Source of the DNA: an uncultured Oscillospiraceae bacterium
GTDB taxonomy: Bacteria; Bacillota; Clostridia; Oscillospirales; Oscillospiraceae
Length of the DNA: 64,000 bases
Direction: 5' to 3'
Assembly (NCBI GenBank): GCA_947627735.1
Contig: CANQXG010000001.1
Coordinates: 80,406 to 144,405 of the forward strand
The position numbers were made by a program, and so were the translations under genes. Numbering within the stretch: position 1 is the stretch's first letter; each line of letters begins with the position of its first letter. The notes under the pieces were generated by a model. The model was not told where the DNA came from. It did no database searches and was given only the letters and a program-made list of their open reading frames with translations. Positions 28,340-38,470 of the stretch are shown piece after piece.

Positions 28340-29566
28340 TTATTTTAAGATGACCTTCCGATAACTCTTCTTCCCCCGGCGCAGCAGCACGCCCTGGCGG
28401 AGCTTCTCCGCCGGCACGGACAGGAACAGGTCTGCGACCTTCTCCCCGTCCAGGGTCACGCCGCCCTGGGCGATGTTCTGCCGGGCCTCGGAGTTGGACT
28501 TCACCAGCCCCGCCTTCACCAGCAGGACCTTGATGTCCACGGCGCCGTCGGTCAGGTCCGCCTCGCCGATCTCGGTGACGGGCACCTCCTCGCCGGAGCC
28601 GGCGCCGAACAGGGCCTTCGCCGCGGCCTGGGCCTTATCGGCCTCCGCCTGGCCGTGGACCATCCTGGTCAGCTCATAGGCCAGGATCTCCTTGGCCTGG
28701 TTGATCTGCTGATCGCGCCAGTGGTCCATCTCCTCGATCTGGTCCAGGGGCAGGAAGGTGAGCATGCGGATGCACTTCATCACGTCCTCGTCGCCCACGT
28801 TGCGCCAGTACTGGTAGAAGTCGTAGGGGCTGGTCTTGTTGGGGTCCAGCCACACGGCGTTGCCGGCGGTCTTTCCCATCTTCTTGCCCTGGGAGTCGGT
28901 CAGCAGGCTCACGGTCATGGCGTAGGCGTCCTTGCCCAGCTTGCGGCGGATCAGCTCCGTGCCGCCCAGCATGTTGCTCCACTGGTCGTTGCCCCCCAGC
29001 TGCATGTTGCAGCCCAGGGTCTGGAACATGTGGTAAAAGTCATAGGACTGCATGATCATGTAGTTGAACTCCAGGAAGCTGAGGCCCTTCTCCATCCGCT
29101 GCTTGTAGCACTCGGCCCGGAGCATGTTGTTCACGGAGAAGCAAGCGCCCACCTCCCGCAGCAGCTCCACGTAGTTGAGGCTGAGCAGCCAGTCGGCGTT
29201 GTTGACCATGATGGCCTGGCCGGGACCCTCGCCGAAGTCGATGAACTTCTCCATCTGCCGCTTGAAGCACTCGGCGTTGTAGTCGATGGTCTGCTTGGTG
29301 AGCATCTGGCGCATGTCGGTCCGGCCGGAGGGGTCGCCGATCATGGTGGTGCCGCCGCCGATGAGGGCGATGGGCTTGTTGCCGGCCTGCTGCATCCGCT
29401 TCATCAGCGTCAGGGCCACGAAGTGGCCGGCGGTCAGGCTGTCCGCCGTGCAGTCGAAGCCGATGTAGAAGGTGGCCTTGCCGTTGTTGATGAGGTCTTT
29501 TACTTCCTCCTCGTCCGTCACCTGGGCCAGCAGGCCGCGGGCGACCAGTTCGTCATACAGGGTCAT
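28340..29566 (-). CDS. tyrS: tyrosine--tRNA ligase (408 aa)
   Basis: GFDCTADSLTAGHF (HIGH region), KMGKT (KMSKS) and a C-terminal S4 domain. The start MTLYDELVARGL has a GGAGAAACGG RBS only 14 nt after the recN stop. Confidence 0.95.
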   Translation of the reverse strand: MTLYDELVARGLLAQVTDEEEVKDLINNGKATFYIGFDCTADSLTAGHFVALTLMKRMQQAGNKPIALIGGGTTMIGDPSGRTDMRQMLTKQTIDYNAECFKRQMEKFIDFGEGPGQAIMVNNADWLLSLNYVELLREVGACFSVNNMLRAECYKQRMEKGLSFLEFNYMIMQSYDFYHMFQTLGCNMQLGGNDQWSNMLGGTELIRRKLGKDAYAMTVSLLTDSQGKKMGKTAGNAVWLDPNKTSPYDFYQYWRNVGDEDVMKCIRMLTFLPLDQIEEMDHWRDQQINQAKEILAYELTRMVHGQAEADKAQAAAKALFGAGSGEEVPVTEIGEADLTDGAVDIKVLLVKAGLVKSNSEARQNIAQGGVTLDGEKVADLFLSVPAEKLRQGVLLRRGKKSYRKVILK

Positions 29567-29580
29567 TTTTCCGTTTCTCC

Positions 29581-31269
29581 TCAATGCTGTTTTTCTTTCC
29601 ACGCGTCCGCCGCGGCGAGCTGCTCCTGGGCGGAGGCGGTAGTGGTCTGGGTGATGTTGTCGCCGCCGGTGAGCCGGGCGATCTCCCTGGCCCGGCCCGG
29701 CCGGTCCAGCTCCGTGACGGTGGTATAGGTGCGGCCGCCCCGCTCGGACTTCTCGATGAGGTACTGGCTGTCGGCCATGGCGGCGATCTGCGCAAGGTGG
29801 CTGACGCACAGCACCTGCCGGTGCATGCCGGTCAGGGCCAGCTTCTCCCCCACCCGGCTGGCGGCCACGCCGGACACACCGGTGTCGATCTCGTCGAACA
29901 CCGCCGTGGGCACCGGGTCGTTCTGGCCGAACACGGTCTTCAGTGCCAGCATGATCCGGCTCAGCTCGCCGCCGGAGGCGATGCGGGCGATGCGCCCCGG
30001 CTCCTGGCCGGCGTTGGCGCTCATGAGAAACCGCACCTCGTCGGCGCCGGCGGGGCCGAATCCCGGCGGGGCGGTCACGGCTGTCAGCTCCGTGACGAAC
30101 CGCACCGAGGGCATGCTCAGCTCCTTCAGCTCCCGCTCCACCCGCTGCGCCAGGGCCTTCCCGGCGGCGGCGCGCTCCTTCGTCAGGACCGCGGCGGCGG
30201 CGCGGCAGTCCTTCTCCAGCCCGGCCCGCCGGCGGATGAGGTCCTGGAGCATGTCGTCCCCGTCCTCGATCTCCGCCAGCCGGGCGGCGGACTGCTCATA
30301 CAGCTGGATCAGCTCCGCCTCGTCGGCCACGGAGAATTTCTTCTCCAGCCGCCGCAGCTGTGCCAGCCGGCTCTCCACCCGGTCGAACTCCTCCGGGGAG
30401 AAATCCAGGCTGTCCTGCACGTCCCGGACGTGCTCGGCGGCGTCCTGCAGCAGCGCCTGGGCCTCCTCCAGGAGCCTGTCCGCCTCGGCCAGGTCCTGGC
30501 TCCAGCCCTTGGCCCGGCTGAGCCAGCCCCGGGCGGAGCCGGTCAGGTCCACGGCGGACTGCTCGTCGCCGTAAAGGGCCGTGAAGGCCCCCTCCGCCGC
30601 CTCCCGCAGCTTTTCGCCGTTGCGCAGCAGCGCCGACCGCTCCTCCAGCTGGGCCTCCTCGCCGGCCTTCAGCTGGGCCTTTTCCAGCTCCTGCACCCGG
30701 TAGGCCAGGCTCTCCGCCAGCCGGCGGCGGCTCTCGTCGTCCAGGGACAGACGCCTGATCTGCTTTTCATTGTCCTGCCAGGCCCCATAGGCCCGGCGGT
30801 AGGCGTCCATGGCCGCCCCGTCGCCGGCGAAGGCGTCCAGATAGGCCAGGTGCCTGCTCTCGTCCAGCAGCTGCCGACCGTCGTTCTGGCCGTGGATATC
30901 CACCAGCAGCGCCCCCAGGGCGCGCAGCTGGGCCGCCGTCACGGGCACGCCGTTGACCCGGCAGCCGCCCTTGCCGTCGGCGGACACGGTCCGCTGCACG
31001 ATCAGCGTCCCATCCTCCGGCTCCACGCCGTTCTCCCCGCACCAGTCCATGGCCGCGTCCGCGTCGAACACGGCGGCGGCCAAGGCCCTGTCCGCCCCGG
31101 TGCGCACCAGCTCCCGGCTGGTGCGGCCCCCGGTGACGGCGTACAGGGCGTCGATGATGATGGATTTGCCCGCGCCGGTCTCGCCGGTCAGCACGTTCAG
31201 CCCCTCCCGGAACTGGACGTCGGCCCGCTCCACCACCGCGATATTCTCGATGTGGAGGCTCCTGAGCAT
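29581..31269 (-). CDS. recN: DNA repair protein RecN (562 aa)
   Basis: MLRSLHIENIAVVE..LNVLTGETGAGKSIIIDAL, long coiled coil, ASGGELSRIMLALK and VFDEIDTGVSG. Confidence 0.95.
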   Translation of the reverse strand: MLRSLHIENIAVVERADVQFREGLNVLTGETGAGKSIIIDALYAVTGGRTSRELVRTGADRALAAAVFDADAAMDWCGENGVEPEDGTLIVQRTVSADGKGGCRVNGVPVTAAQLRALGALLVDIHGQNDGRQLLDESRHLAYLDAFAGDGAAMDAYRRAYGAWQDNEKQIRRLSLDDESRRRLAESLAYRVQELEKAQLKAGEEAQLEERSALLRNGEKLREAAEGAFTALYGDEQSAVDLTGSARGWLSRAKGWSQDLAEADRLLEEAQALLQDAAEHVRDVQDSLDFSPEEFDRVESRLAQLRRLEKKFSVADEAELIQLYEQSAARLAEIEDGDDMLQDLIRRRAGLEKDCRAAAAVLTKERAAAGKALAQRVERELKELSMPSVRFVTELTAVTAPPGFGPAGADEVRFLMSANAGQEPGRIARIASGGELSRIMLALKTVFGQNDPVPTAVFDEIDTGVSGVAASRVGEKLALTGMHRQVLCVSHLAQIAAMADSQYLIEKSERGGRTYTTVTELDRPGRAREIARLTGGDNITQTTTASAQEQLAAADAWKEKQH

Positions 31270-31273
31270 CCGC

Positions 31274-31729
31274 TTACCTCTTATAGGCCCGGCGCAGCTG
31301 GGCGCACAACCTCTCGGCGGAGGCGGCGTTGCGCAGCACGATGATGGCCGTGTCGTCCCCGGCCACTGACCCCAGGATGGAGTCGTCCCCCATGGCGTCG
31401 ATGGAGGAGCACACCGCCGGGGCCAGGCCCGGCAGGGTCTTGACCACCACCGTGTGCAGGGCGTGGTCGAAGCCGATGCAGCCCTCCCGGAAGATCTCCT
31501 CCAGCCGGCGGGAGGCCTCGCTGGTCTCGTCCTGATCCGCCTGGGCGTAACGGTACCGGCCATCGGGGCCGATCTCCTTGACCAGACGCAGCTCCTTGAT
31601 GTCCCGGCTGACGGTGGCCTGGGTGCTGTTCACGCCCCGCTCCTTCAGCGCCTGGAGCATCTGCCCCTGGGTCTCGATATTCTCCTGGGCGATGATGTCC
31701 AGGATCACGCTCTGTCTGGATGTCTTCAT
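31274..31729 (-). CDS. argR: arginine repressor (151 aa)
   Basis: N-terminal wHTH (RQSVILDIIAQENIETQGQMLQALKERGVNSTQATVSRDIKEL) and C-terminal GSVAGDDTAIIV oligomerisation motif. Confidence 0.92.
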   Translation of the reverse strand: MKTSRQSVILDIIAQENIETQGQMLQALKERGVNSTQATVSRDIKELRLVKEIGPDGRYRYAQADQDETSEASRRLEEIFREGCIGFDHALHTVVVKTLPGLAPAVCSSIDAMGDDSILGSVAGDDTAIIVLRNAASAERLCAQLRRAYKR

Positions 31730-32583
31730 GCTCGTTCCCCCAATTTCTCAAATGCCGTTTCATAAAAGCTCCTGGTGCCCAGGTGGGCCACCAGCAGTCT
31801 GTGTCTGGATTTGGTGACGGTGACCTCGTCGCCGTCGTAAAGGTCCGTCAGGCCCCGGCCATCCACGCTGAGCACGCACCGGCGCCCCTCGCTCACATCC
31901 GCCGGCACCACGGACACCGTCCTCTCCGGCTTGAGAACGAAGCTGCGGGCGGCCAGCATGTGGGCGCATATGGGCGTGAGCACGATGGCCTCCGCGTCCG
32001 GCTCCACCAGCGGCCCCCCCGCCGCCATGGAATAGGCGGTGGAGCCTGTGGGCGAGGACACGATCACCCCGTCGCCGGAGAAGGCCAGGATGCGCTTGCC
32101 GTCCCCCAGGGCGGTCAGGCGCACGTTCTGCACGATGCCGGAGATCACCGCGTCGTTCAGCGCCGTGTCGTCGAACACCCGCTGTCCGTCCCGCCACACG
32201 GTCACGTCCAGCATCATCCGCGGCTCCGGCTCGAACTCCCCCGCCGCGGCCTGGCGCAGCAGGTCCATGTTGTCCCGGTCCAGCTCCGTCAAGAATCCGG
32301 TGTGGCCCAGGTTCACCCCCACCAGGGGCACGCTGTGGAGCATCAGCTTGGGGGCGATGCGCAATATGGTGCCGTCGCCGCCCAGAGTCACCAGCAGGTC
32401 CGCGCTGGGCAGCGCGTCCTCCAGGTCCATGGTCGCAAAGGCGGGCGGGTCCCACCGCTCCCCGCACACGGGGCACACGGCCACCCGGCAGCCGTCGGCT
32501 TCCAGCATGGCCTTCACCGCCGCCGTCACGGCGAAGCCGGCGTCCCGCTGCACGTTGGGGCACAGCACGATCTGTCTGCTCAT
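31726..32583 (-). CDS. nadK: NAD kinase (285 aa)
   Basis: [22 protein letters not shown] and [21 protein letters not shown] overlaps at both gene junctions. Confidence 0.93.
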   Translation of the reverse strand: MSRQIVLCPNVQRDAGFAVTAAVKAMLEADGCRVAVCPVCGERWDPPAFATMDLEDALPSADLLVTLGGDGTILRIAPKLMLHSVPLVGVNLGHTGFLTELDRDNMDLLRQAAAGEFEPEPRMMLDVTVWRDGQRVFDDTALNDAVISGIVQNVRLTALGDGKRILAFSGDGVIVSSPTGSTAYSMAAGGPLVEPDAEAIVLTPICAHMLAARSFVLKPERTVSVVPADVSEGRRCVLSVDGRGLTDLYDGDEVTVTKSRHRLLVAHLGTRSFYETAFEKLGERA

Positions 32584-33395
32584 GGCTCCACTCCTCTCCC
32601 GCCGTCCAGCGCCTGATGGGACCGGCGCACCACATCGGCGCAGTCCGGCTCGATGCCGCCGTCCCCCAGGCCCAGCCAGGCCAGGTATTCGATGTTCCCC
32701 TCCGGACCACGCACCGGGGAATAGGTCAGCCCCTTCACGGCATAGCCCATCTCCCCAGCCGCCGCCAGGGTATCCTCCAGCACCTGCCGGTGCACCGCCG
32801 GGTCCCGGACCACGCCCTTTTTGCCCACCAGCTCCCGGCCTGCCTCGAACTGGGGCTTGACCAGGCAGATCACCTGCCCCGCTGGGGCCAGCAGCGTCTT
32901 CACCGCCGGCAGCACCAGCCGCAGGGAGATGAAGGACATGTCCATCACCGCCAGGTCCATGGCCTGGCCGAACATGTCCGGCGTCAGGTTCCGGGCGTTG
33001 GTGCGCTCCATCACCGTGACCCGCCCGTCGTTGCGCAGGCTCCAGGCCAGCTGGCCGTAACCCACGTCCACGGCGTACACGTGCCGCGCCCCCCGCTGCA
33101 GCAGGCAGTCGGTGAAGCCCCCCGTGGAGGCGCCGCAGTCCACGCACGTCCACCCCGCCGGGTCCACAGCGAAGGTGTCCAGTGCCTTTTCCAGCTTCAG
33201 CCCGCCCCGGCTGACATAGGGCAGCTTCGCCCCCCGCAGCTCTATCTTCGCCTCCGGGGCCAGGGTATTGCCCGGCCTGGTCTGCTTTTCCCCGTCCACG
33301 TATATGGCCCCGGCCATGATGAGCGCCTTGGCCTTTTCCCGGCTCTCCGCCAGGCCCAGCTCGAATACCCGCTGGTCAAGCCTTATCTTCGCCAT
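32580..33395 (-). CDS. tlyA: TlyA-family 16S/23S rRNA (cytidine-2'-O)-methyltransferase (271 aa)
   Basis: S4 domain ([25 protein letters not shown]) plus an FtsJ-like domain ([31 protein letters not shown]). Confidence 0.9.
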   Translation of the reverse strand: MAKIRLDQRVFELGLAESREKAKALIMAGAIYVDGEKQTRPGNTLAPEAKIELRGAKLPYVSRGGLKLEKALDTFAVDPAGWTCVDCGASTGGFTDCLLQRGARHVYAVDVGYGQLAWSLRNDGRVTVMERTNARNLTPDMFGQAMDLAVMDMSFISLRLVLPAVKTLLAPAGQVICLVKPQFEAGRELVGKKGVVRDPAVHRQVLEDTLAAAGEMGYAVKGLTYSPVRGPEGNIEYLAWLGLGDGGIEPDCADVVRRSHQALDGGRGVEP

Positions 33396-35232
33396 GCAGC
33401 ATCTCCAAAACGGTCCTCGCCAGCGAGCCGTTGTCCAGTCCCTTCATTTCCCGCAGCTTCCAAGGCTCGCCGTGTGGCAGCAACCCGTCGCCCAGGTTCA
33501 CCAGCCGGCTCGCCCGCAGGGCGATGCCCGCCTGCTCCGCCGCGGCCAGCAGCTTTTCGCCCACGCTCCCGGCGGCGCAGGCCTCCTCCGCCACCAGCAG
33601 CGCGCCCGTCCGGCGCACCGAAGCCAGCACCGGCTCCGCGTCCAGCGGCGACAGCACGTTCAGTTTGATGACTTCCGGGTCGACGCCCCCGCCCCGGAGC
33701 ATCCTGGCGGCCATCATGGCCTCGTTGAACTCCGCGCCGTAGGACACGATGGTGACGTCGTCGCCGTGGAAATACACCGATTCTGCCGTCTTGTCGGAGC
33801 TGTCGCCCCGGTAGCCCCCCTCCCCGCCGCGGGGATAGCGCACCGCCACGGGGCCGGTATCCTCCAGCACCGCCTTGCGCAGCATGCTCCGCAGCTCGTC
33901 GAAGCTGGACGGCGCGTAGATCTTCATCCCCGGCACGCTGGACAGGTAGGCCACGTCGAAGCTGCCCTGATGGGTCACCCCGTCCCGGCCCACGATGCCC
34001 GCCCGATCCACGGCGAACACCACGTGCAGGCCCATGAGGGCCACGTCGTGGATGAGCATGTCGTAGCTTCTCTGCAGGAAGGTGGAGTACACCGCGAACA
34101 CCGGCTTCAGCCCCTGGGCGGCCATGCCCGCGGCCATGGCGCAGGCGTGCTCCTCGGCGATGCCCACGTCGAAGAACCGGTCCGGGTAGGCCTCCTGGAA
34201 GCCGATCAGGCCCGTGCCCTCCATCATGGCGGCGGTGATGGCCACCACATGCTCGTCCTCCCCGGCCAGCTCCGTCAGCGTCCTGCCGAACACGGACGAG
34301 AAATCCTCGCCCGTATATCTCAGCACGCCGCTGGCCACATCGAACGCCCCCACGCCGTGGTAGGCCTCGGGGGCCGTCTCCGCCGGGGGATAGCCCCGGC
34401 CCTTCTGGGTTATCACGTGCACCAGCACCGGCGCCCGGTATTCCTTGGCCCAGCGCAGGGCCTTTTCCACCTTGGCGATGTCGTGGCCGTCGATGGGGCC
34501 GATATACTCAAAACCGAAGTCGCCGAATATGTTGTCCGGGATCAGCCGCTCCTTCAGCCATCGCTTGGCCCCGGTGAGCAGCCGGTTCAACCGGGGCACG
34601 CGGGGCATGATGGCCCGGCGGTACCACTTCTTGAAGCGGATGTACTCCACCCTAGTGCGCATCCGGGCCAGCATCTCCGCCAGGCCGCCCACGCTCTCGT
34701 TGATGCTCATGCCGTTGTCGTTGAGCACCACCACCAGCGGCTCGCCGCTCTTGCCCGCGTCGGACAGGCCCTCCAGGGCCATGCCCCCGTTCAGGGCGCC
34801 GTCCCCGATCAGGGCCACCACGTCATAATCCGCCCCCAGGGCCGTGCGGGCCCGGGCCATGCCCAGGGCCACGGACACCGAGTCCGAGGCATGGCCGGCC
34901 ACGAAAGCGTCGTGGACGCTCTCGTCCGGCCTGGGGAACCCGGCCATGCCCCCCAGATCCCGGAAATCGGTGAAGTCCTGCCGGCCTGTGAGCAGCTTAT
35001 GGGTATAGCACTGGTGTCCCACGTCGAACACCAGCCGGTCCCGGCCGGTGTCGTACACCCGGTGCAGCGCCACCGTCAGCTCCACCGCCCCCAGGTTGGA
35101 GGCCAGATGTCCCCCATACTTCGACACGGCGCCGATCAGCTCCTCCCGGATGTCCCGGCAAAGCTGGTCCAGCGCCTCCGCCGGCAGCGCCTTCACGTCG
35201 GCGGGGGAATGTATATTATCCAGTAAACTCAT
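33376..35232 (-). CDS. dxs: 1-deoxy-D-xylulose-5-phosphate synthase (618 aa)
   Basis: [33 protein letters not shown] and GIAEEHA motifs. Start at [14 protein letters not shown]. Confidence 0.95.
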   Translation of the reverse strand: MSLLDNIHSPADVKALPAEALDQLCRDIREELIGAVSKYGGHLASNLGAVELTVALHRVYDTGRDRLVFDVGHQCYTHKLLTGRQDFTDFRDLGGMAGFPRPDESVHDAFVAGHASDSVSVALGMARARTALGADYDVVALIGDGALNGGMALEGLSDAGKSGEPLVVVLNDNGMSINESVGGLAEMLARMRTRVEYIRFKKWYRRAIMPRVPRLNRLLTGAKRWLKERLIPDNIFGDFGFEYIGPIDGHDIAKVEKALRWAKEYRAPVLVHVITQKGRGYPPAETAPEAYHGVGAFDVASGVLRYTGEDFSSVFGRTLTELAGEDEHVVAITAAMMEGTGLIGFQEAYPDRFFDVGIAEEHACAMAAGMAAQGLKPVFAVYSTFLQRSYDMLIHDVALMGLHVVFAVDRAGIVGRDGVTHQGSFDVAYLSSVPGMKIYAPSSFDELRSMLRKAVLEDTGPVAVRYPRGGEGGYRGDSSDKTAESVYFHGDDVTIVSYGAEFNEAMMAARMLRGGGVDPEVIKLNVLSPLDAEPVLASVRRTGALLVAEEACAAGSVGEKLLAAAEQAGIALRASRLVNLGDGLLPHGEPWKLREMKGLDNGSLARTVLEMLHGEDKA

Positions 35233-35281
35233 ATCGGCTCCGAAAAAAGCGGGCGTTCGATCCCTTCCCGCAAGTCCTTTT

Positions 35282-35310
35282 ATCATAGCAAATCCCACAG
35301 GGCTTTTCAA
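35282..35310 (-). promoter_or_regulatory. putative sigma-A promoter in front of dxs
   Basis: On the minus strand: TTGAAA, a 17-nt spacer and TATGAT, about 50 nt upstream of the dxs ATG. Confidence 0.55.
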
Positions 35311-35375
35311 GGCATATTTTGAATATTTTCCAAAAAGAATGAATAATCCCCCACCCGTCCCCAGGCCCCGGAGGA

Positions 35376-35418
35376 CGAAAAGACCGCCCCCCGCCGAAGT
35401 TCGGCGAGGGGCGGCGGT
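35376..35418 (-). terminator. intrinsic terminator after the LRR surface-protein gene
   Basis: On the minus strand: accgccgcccctcgccg / cggcggggggcggt, an extended GC stem followed by cttttcgt. Confidence 0.7.
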
Positions 35419-35433
35419 ATGGTCGTTATACGC

Positions 35434-37398
35434 TCACTGGGGCATGGCGTAGTTGACGAAATTGCCGATGCCGGCGGCGTAGGTGCACGCGCCGTAGTGG
35501 CCGTTGTGTTTCGTTTCCAGATAGGCCCAGCCGCCGATGGTAGCCCGGGCGACGGTGCTCTCCTCGATGACGGCCCAGCCGTGGCGGGCCTGGCCCAGGC
35601 AGCCGTGGTAGTTGTCATGGCGCAGGTAGAAATACCCCGCCGCGAACTGTCCGGCGTCGCCGCCCTCCTTGTTGATGCCCCGCACAGAGGGCACGAAGGT
35701 CAGTCCCGAGTGGCGCATCACCCCGTCGGAGCCGATGTAGTACCACAGAGCGCGGCCGGACTCCACCCACATATTCTTCACCATCTGGCCGTTGTGGTAG
35801 TAGTAAAAGCTGTCCCCGTCCTCGGTGGGCACCCAGCCGTCCAGCTGCGCGGGGGGCGGGGTCTGGCCGCTGTACACCTGGAAGGTATAGCCGTTCTTGC
35901 GGGCAAAGGTCTCGGCGGTGGAGCCGGCGTAGCCCCGGATCACCACGCCGCTGGGCAGGGTCATAGCCCCCAGGGAGCAGTCTTTGTTCAGCACGGTCAG
36001 GGTCTTCAGCGCCCCGCAGTCGTCGAAAGCACGGTCGCCCACGGAGGTCACGCCCTGCTGCAATATGACGTCGGTGAGGGCCGGGCAGTACCAGAACGCC
36101 TCCGCGCCCAGCTTCCCGGCGGACACGTCCGCCGTGCGCAGCAGCAGGTTCATGGCGAAGGCCTGGCTCCCCACCTCGGTGACAGAGGCGGGCACGGTCA
36201 GGGTCGTGATGCTCGTGTTGCCGAAGGCCCACTGGCCGATGGTGCGCACCGTGGAGGGGATGGTCACGGCGGTGACCTCCGTCTTGTCGTTGAAGGCATA
36301 GCCCGCGATCTGACGCGCCGTGGAGGGCACGGTGACGGCGCCGCCGTTGCCCTGGTACTCATACAGCACCCCGTTCTCCACGAAGAACGCCCCGTTGCGC
36401 AGGCTCCAGGGGGTATTGGAGAAGGCGTGTATGCCCAGCTCCGTGGCCGCGGAGCGGATGGTGACGGAGGCGAGCTTCCCGCAGTCGGCGAAGGCCCAGT
36501 CCCCGATGGCCGTCACGGACCGGGGGATGGTCACGCTCGTCAGGGCGCAGCCCTGGAAGGCGCTGGAGCCGATCTCCGTCAGCCCCTCGGACAGGGACAC
36601 CGAGGCAAGACTGGCACAGCCGTCGAAGGCGCTGTCGCCGATGACCGTCACGGACGACGGGATCGTCACAGCCGTCAGGGACGAGCAATGGTTGAACACC
36701 CGCAGGTCCAGCACCCTCAGTCCGCCGGACAGCCTGGCGCTGGTCAGGGACGTGCAGAAGGAGAACGCATCCGCTCCCAGCTTCTGCACCGTGTCGGGCA
36801 TGGACACGGCCGTCAGTTTGTTGCAGTCATAAAACGCCCGGCTGCCGATGCTTGTAAGGCCGGCGGGCAGGGTCGCGGACGTGAGGGATACGCACCCCTC
36901 GAAGGCCTCGTCCCCGATCCGGATCACGGACGCGGGGATGGTGACGGATTGCAGTTCCGCGCACTCATAAAACGCCTCGTTGCCCACGCTGGTCACGCCG
37001 CTGCCGATGACGGCGGAGGTGATATGCCGGCCATACCAGGGGGCGTGCTCGCTCTTGCCCAGGTAGTCGGTCATGGCCCCGCTGCCGCTGATGGTCAGCT
37101 GGCTGCCCGATATGGACCAGTTCACGTTGGCGCCGCAGGAGCCGGATGTGGCGCTGGGAGAGGGCGTGGTCCCCGGCTGTATCTCCGGGCCGGCCGCCGG
37201 GTCCGTCACGGTCTGATCCGGGTCGCCCTCCTCCGGGTCGCCCTCATCCGGGTCATCCCCGGTCCCGACGGTCACCTCTTCGCTCTCCGCCGGCGCGTCG
37301 GCAGGCTCCACCGCCGGCTCCGCCGCGGCAAAAGCCTGCACGCACAGGCCGCACAGCAGGCACAGGGCCAGCAGCATACTGAACGTTCTCTTCCTCAT
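35434..37398 (-). CDS. secreted BspA-type leucine-rich-repeat surface protein with C-terminal cell-wall-binding-like repeats (654 aa)
   Basis: Signal peptide MRKRTFSMLLALCLLCGLCVQAFA and an acidic DP/EG linker. At least 12 LRR_5-type repeats (VTIPxSVTxIGxxAFxxCxxL). The C-terminus has GW..G..YYY...G.M..N.W-type repeats. AAGGAGG RBS. Confidence 0.85.
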   Translation of the reverse strand: MRKRTFSMLLALCLLCGLCVQAFAAAEPAVEPADAPAESEEVTVGTGDDPDEGDPEEGDPDQTVTDPAAGPEIQPGTTPSPSATSGSCGANVNWSISGSQLTISGSGAMTDYLGKSEHAPWYGRHITSAVIGSGVTSVGNEAFYECAELQSVTIPASVIRIGDEAFEGCVSLTSATLPAGLTSIGSRAFYDCNKLTAVSMPDTVQKLGADAFSFCTSLTSARLSGGLRVLDLRVFNHCSSLTAVTIPSSVTVIGDSAFDGCASLASVSLSEGLTEIGSSAFQGCALTSVTIPRSVTAIGDWAFADCGKLASVTIRSAATELGIHAFSNTPWSLRNGAFFVENGVLYEYQGNGGAVTVPSTARQIAGYAFNDKTEVTAVTIPSTVRTIGQWAFGNTSITTLTVPASVTEVGSQAFAMNLLLRTADVSAGKLGAEAFWYCPALTDVILQQGVTSVGDRAFDDCGALKTLTVLNKDCSLGAMTLPSGVVIRGYAGSTAETFARKNGYTFQVYSGQTPPPAQLDGWVPTEDGDSFYYYHNGQMVKNMWVESGRALWYYIGSDGVMRHSGLTFVPSVRGINKEGGDAGQFAAGYFYLRHDNYHGCLGQARHGWAVIEESTVARATIGGWAYLETKHNGHYGACTYAAGIGNFVNYAMPQ

Positions 37399-37418
37399 GG
37401 CTCTATCCTCCTTGCATC

Positions 37419-38249
37419 TCATGCGCTGCGGCCGCACAGCTTCTCCGTCAGCGCCCGCAAAAACGCCGTGTCCCCGAACCCGTCCAGCCGCTCCAGGGCC
37501 TGGCGGGTATACTCTTCCGTCATGCGCTGGCACCGCTCCGGCCCCAGCAGGGCCGCGAAGCCGTCGCCGTCCAGCACGTCGTCCCGGCACTGGAACGCCA
37601 TGCCCAGGGCCTGTCCGAAGGCCCAGGCGGCCTCCACTCTCTCGTCCTCCGCCCCGGCGGCAGCCGCGCCCATGGCGCAGGCGGCGGCCATGAGGGCAGC
37701 AGTCTTGCGCAGGTCGGTGGCGATGAGGCCCTCCTCGCTGGCGGGTCCCTCCCCCAGGTCCAGATACTGCCCGCCGCAGATGCCCTCAGTGCCGGCGGCC
37801 CGGCTGAGGATGCGGCAGCAGCGGAAGCGCTCCGCCTCCCCTACCGCCGCGTCGCATATGGCGGCGAAGGCCTCCGCCTGCAGGCAGTCCCCCGCCAGCA
37901 CGGCGGTGGTCTCGCCGAACTGCTTATGGCAGGTGGGCCGGCCCCGGCGCATATCGTCGTCGTCCATGCAGGGCAGATCGTCGTGGATCAGGCTGTATGT
38001 ATGCAGCATCTCCAGGGCGCAGGCCGCGGCCAGGGCGTGCTCCGGCTCTGTGCCGCACAGGCGGGCGAACTCCAGGCACAGCACAGGCCGCACCCGCTTT
38101 CCCCCGGCCAGCAGGCTGTACGCCATGGCCCGGCGCAGGCCGTCGGCTCCATCGGACCGGTCCGCCATGCGCCCGGCCAGCCACCGCTCCGTCATGGTCC
38201 GGTAGCGGTCATAGCGCTGGGCGAAGCTCTCTTTTTCCACGGTACTCAT
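37419..38249 (-). CDS. ispA: (2E,6E)-farnesyl diphosphate synthase / polyprenyl synthetase (276 aa)
   Basis: First DDxxD motif LIHDDLPCMDDDDMRRG and second FQCRDDVLD. ATGA overlap with the xseB stop. Confidence 0.9.
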   Translation of the reverse strand: MSTVEKESFAQRYDRYRTMTERWLAGRMADRSDGADGLRRAMAYSLLAGGKRVRPVLCLEFARLCGTEPEHALAAACALEMLHTYSLIHDDLPCMDDDDMRRGRPTCHKQFGETTAVLAGDCLQAEAFAAICDAAVGEAERFRCCRILSRAAGTEGICGGQYLDLGEGPASEEGLIATDLRKTAALMAAACAMGAAAAGAEDERVEAAWAFGQALGMAFQCRDDVLDGDGFAALLGPERCQRMTEEYTRQALERLDGFGDTAFLRALTEKLCGRSA

Positions 38250-38470
38250 TCGAAGGGAAGCTCCTCCGGCGCGCCGTCCGGACCCTTGCGCAGCTGGACC
38301 ACCTTCTGCTCCGCCTCGTCCAGCAGCTTTCCGCACTCCCGGATCAGCCCCGCGCCCTCCTCGAACAGGCCCAGGCTCTCCGCCAGAGGGGCGTCGCCCT
38401 TCTCCAGCAGCCGGACGATCTCCTCCAGCCGGGCCAAAGACTGTTCAAAGCTCTTTTCCTTCTTCGCCAT
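38246..38470 (-). CDS. xseB: exodeoxyribonuclease VII small subunit (74 aa)
   Basis: MAKKEKSFEQSLARLEEIVRLLEKGDAPLAESLGLFEEG is the canonical XseB N-terminus. Confidence 0.9.
   Translation of the reverse strand: MAKKEKSFEQSLARLEEIVRLLEKGDAPLAESLGLFEEGAGLIRECGKLLDEAEQKVVQLRKGPDGAPEELPFE

Noticed and set aside
29567-29580. Expected T-box leader upstream of tyrS
   Set aside because: Only 14 nt separate the recN stop from the tyrS start. I also saw no specifier-loop or T-box sequence in the 28194-28339 region before the ABC operon.
33268-35226. 652-aa plus-strand ORF
   Set aside because: It is antisense to dxs, which is unambiguous, and has the same shadow-frame composition.
35419-38205. 928-aa plus-strand ORF
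   Set aside because: It is antisense to the LRR protein and ispA genes. It is Gly/Arg/His-rich with no motifs.
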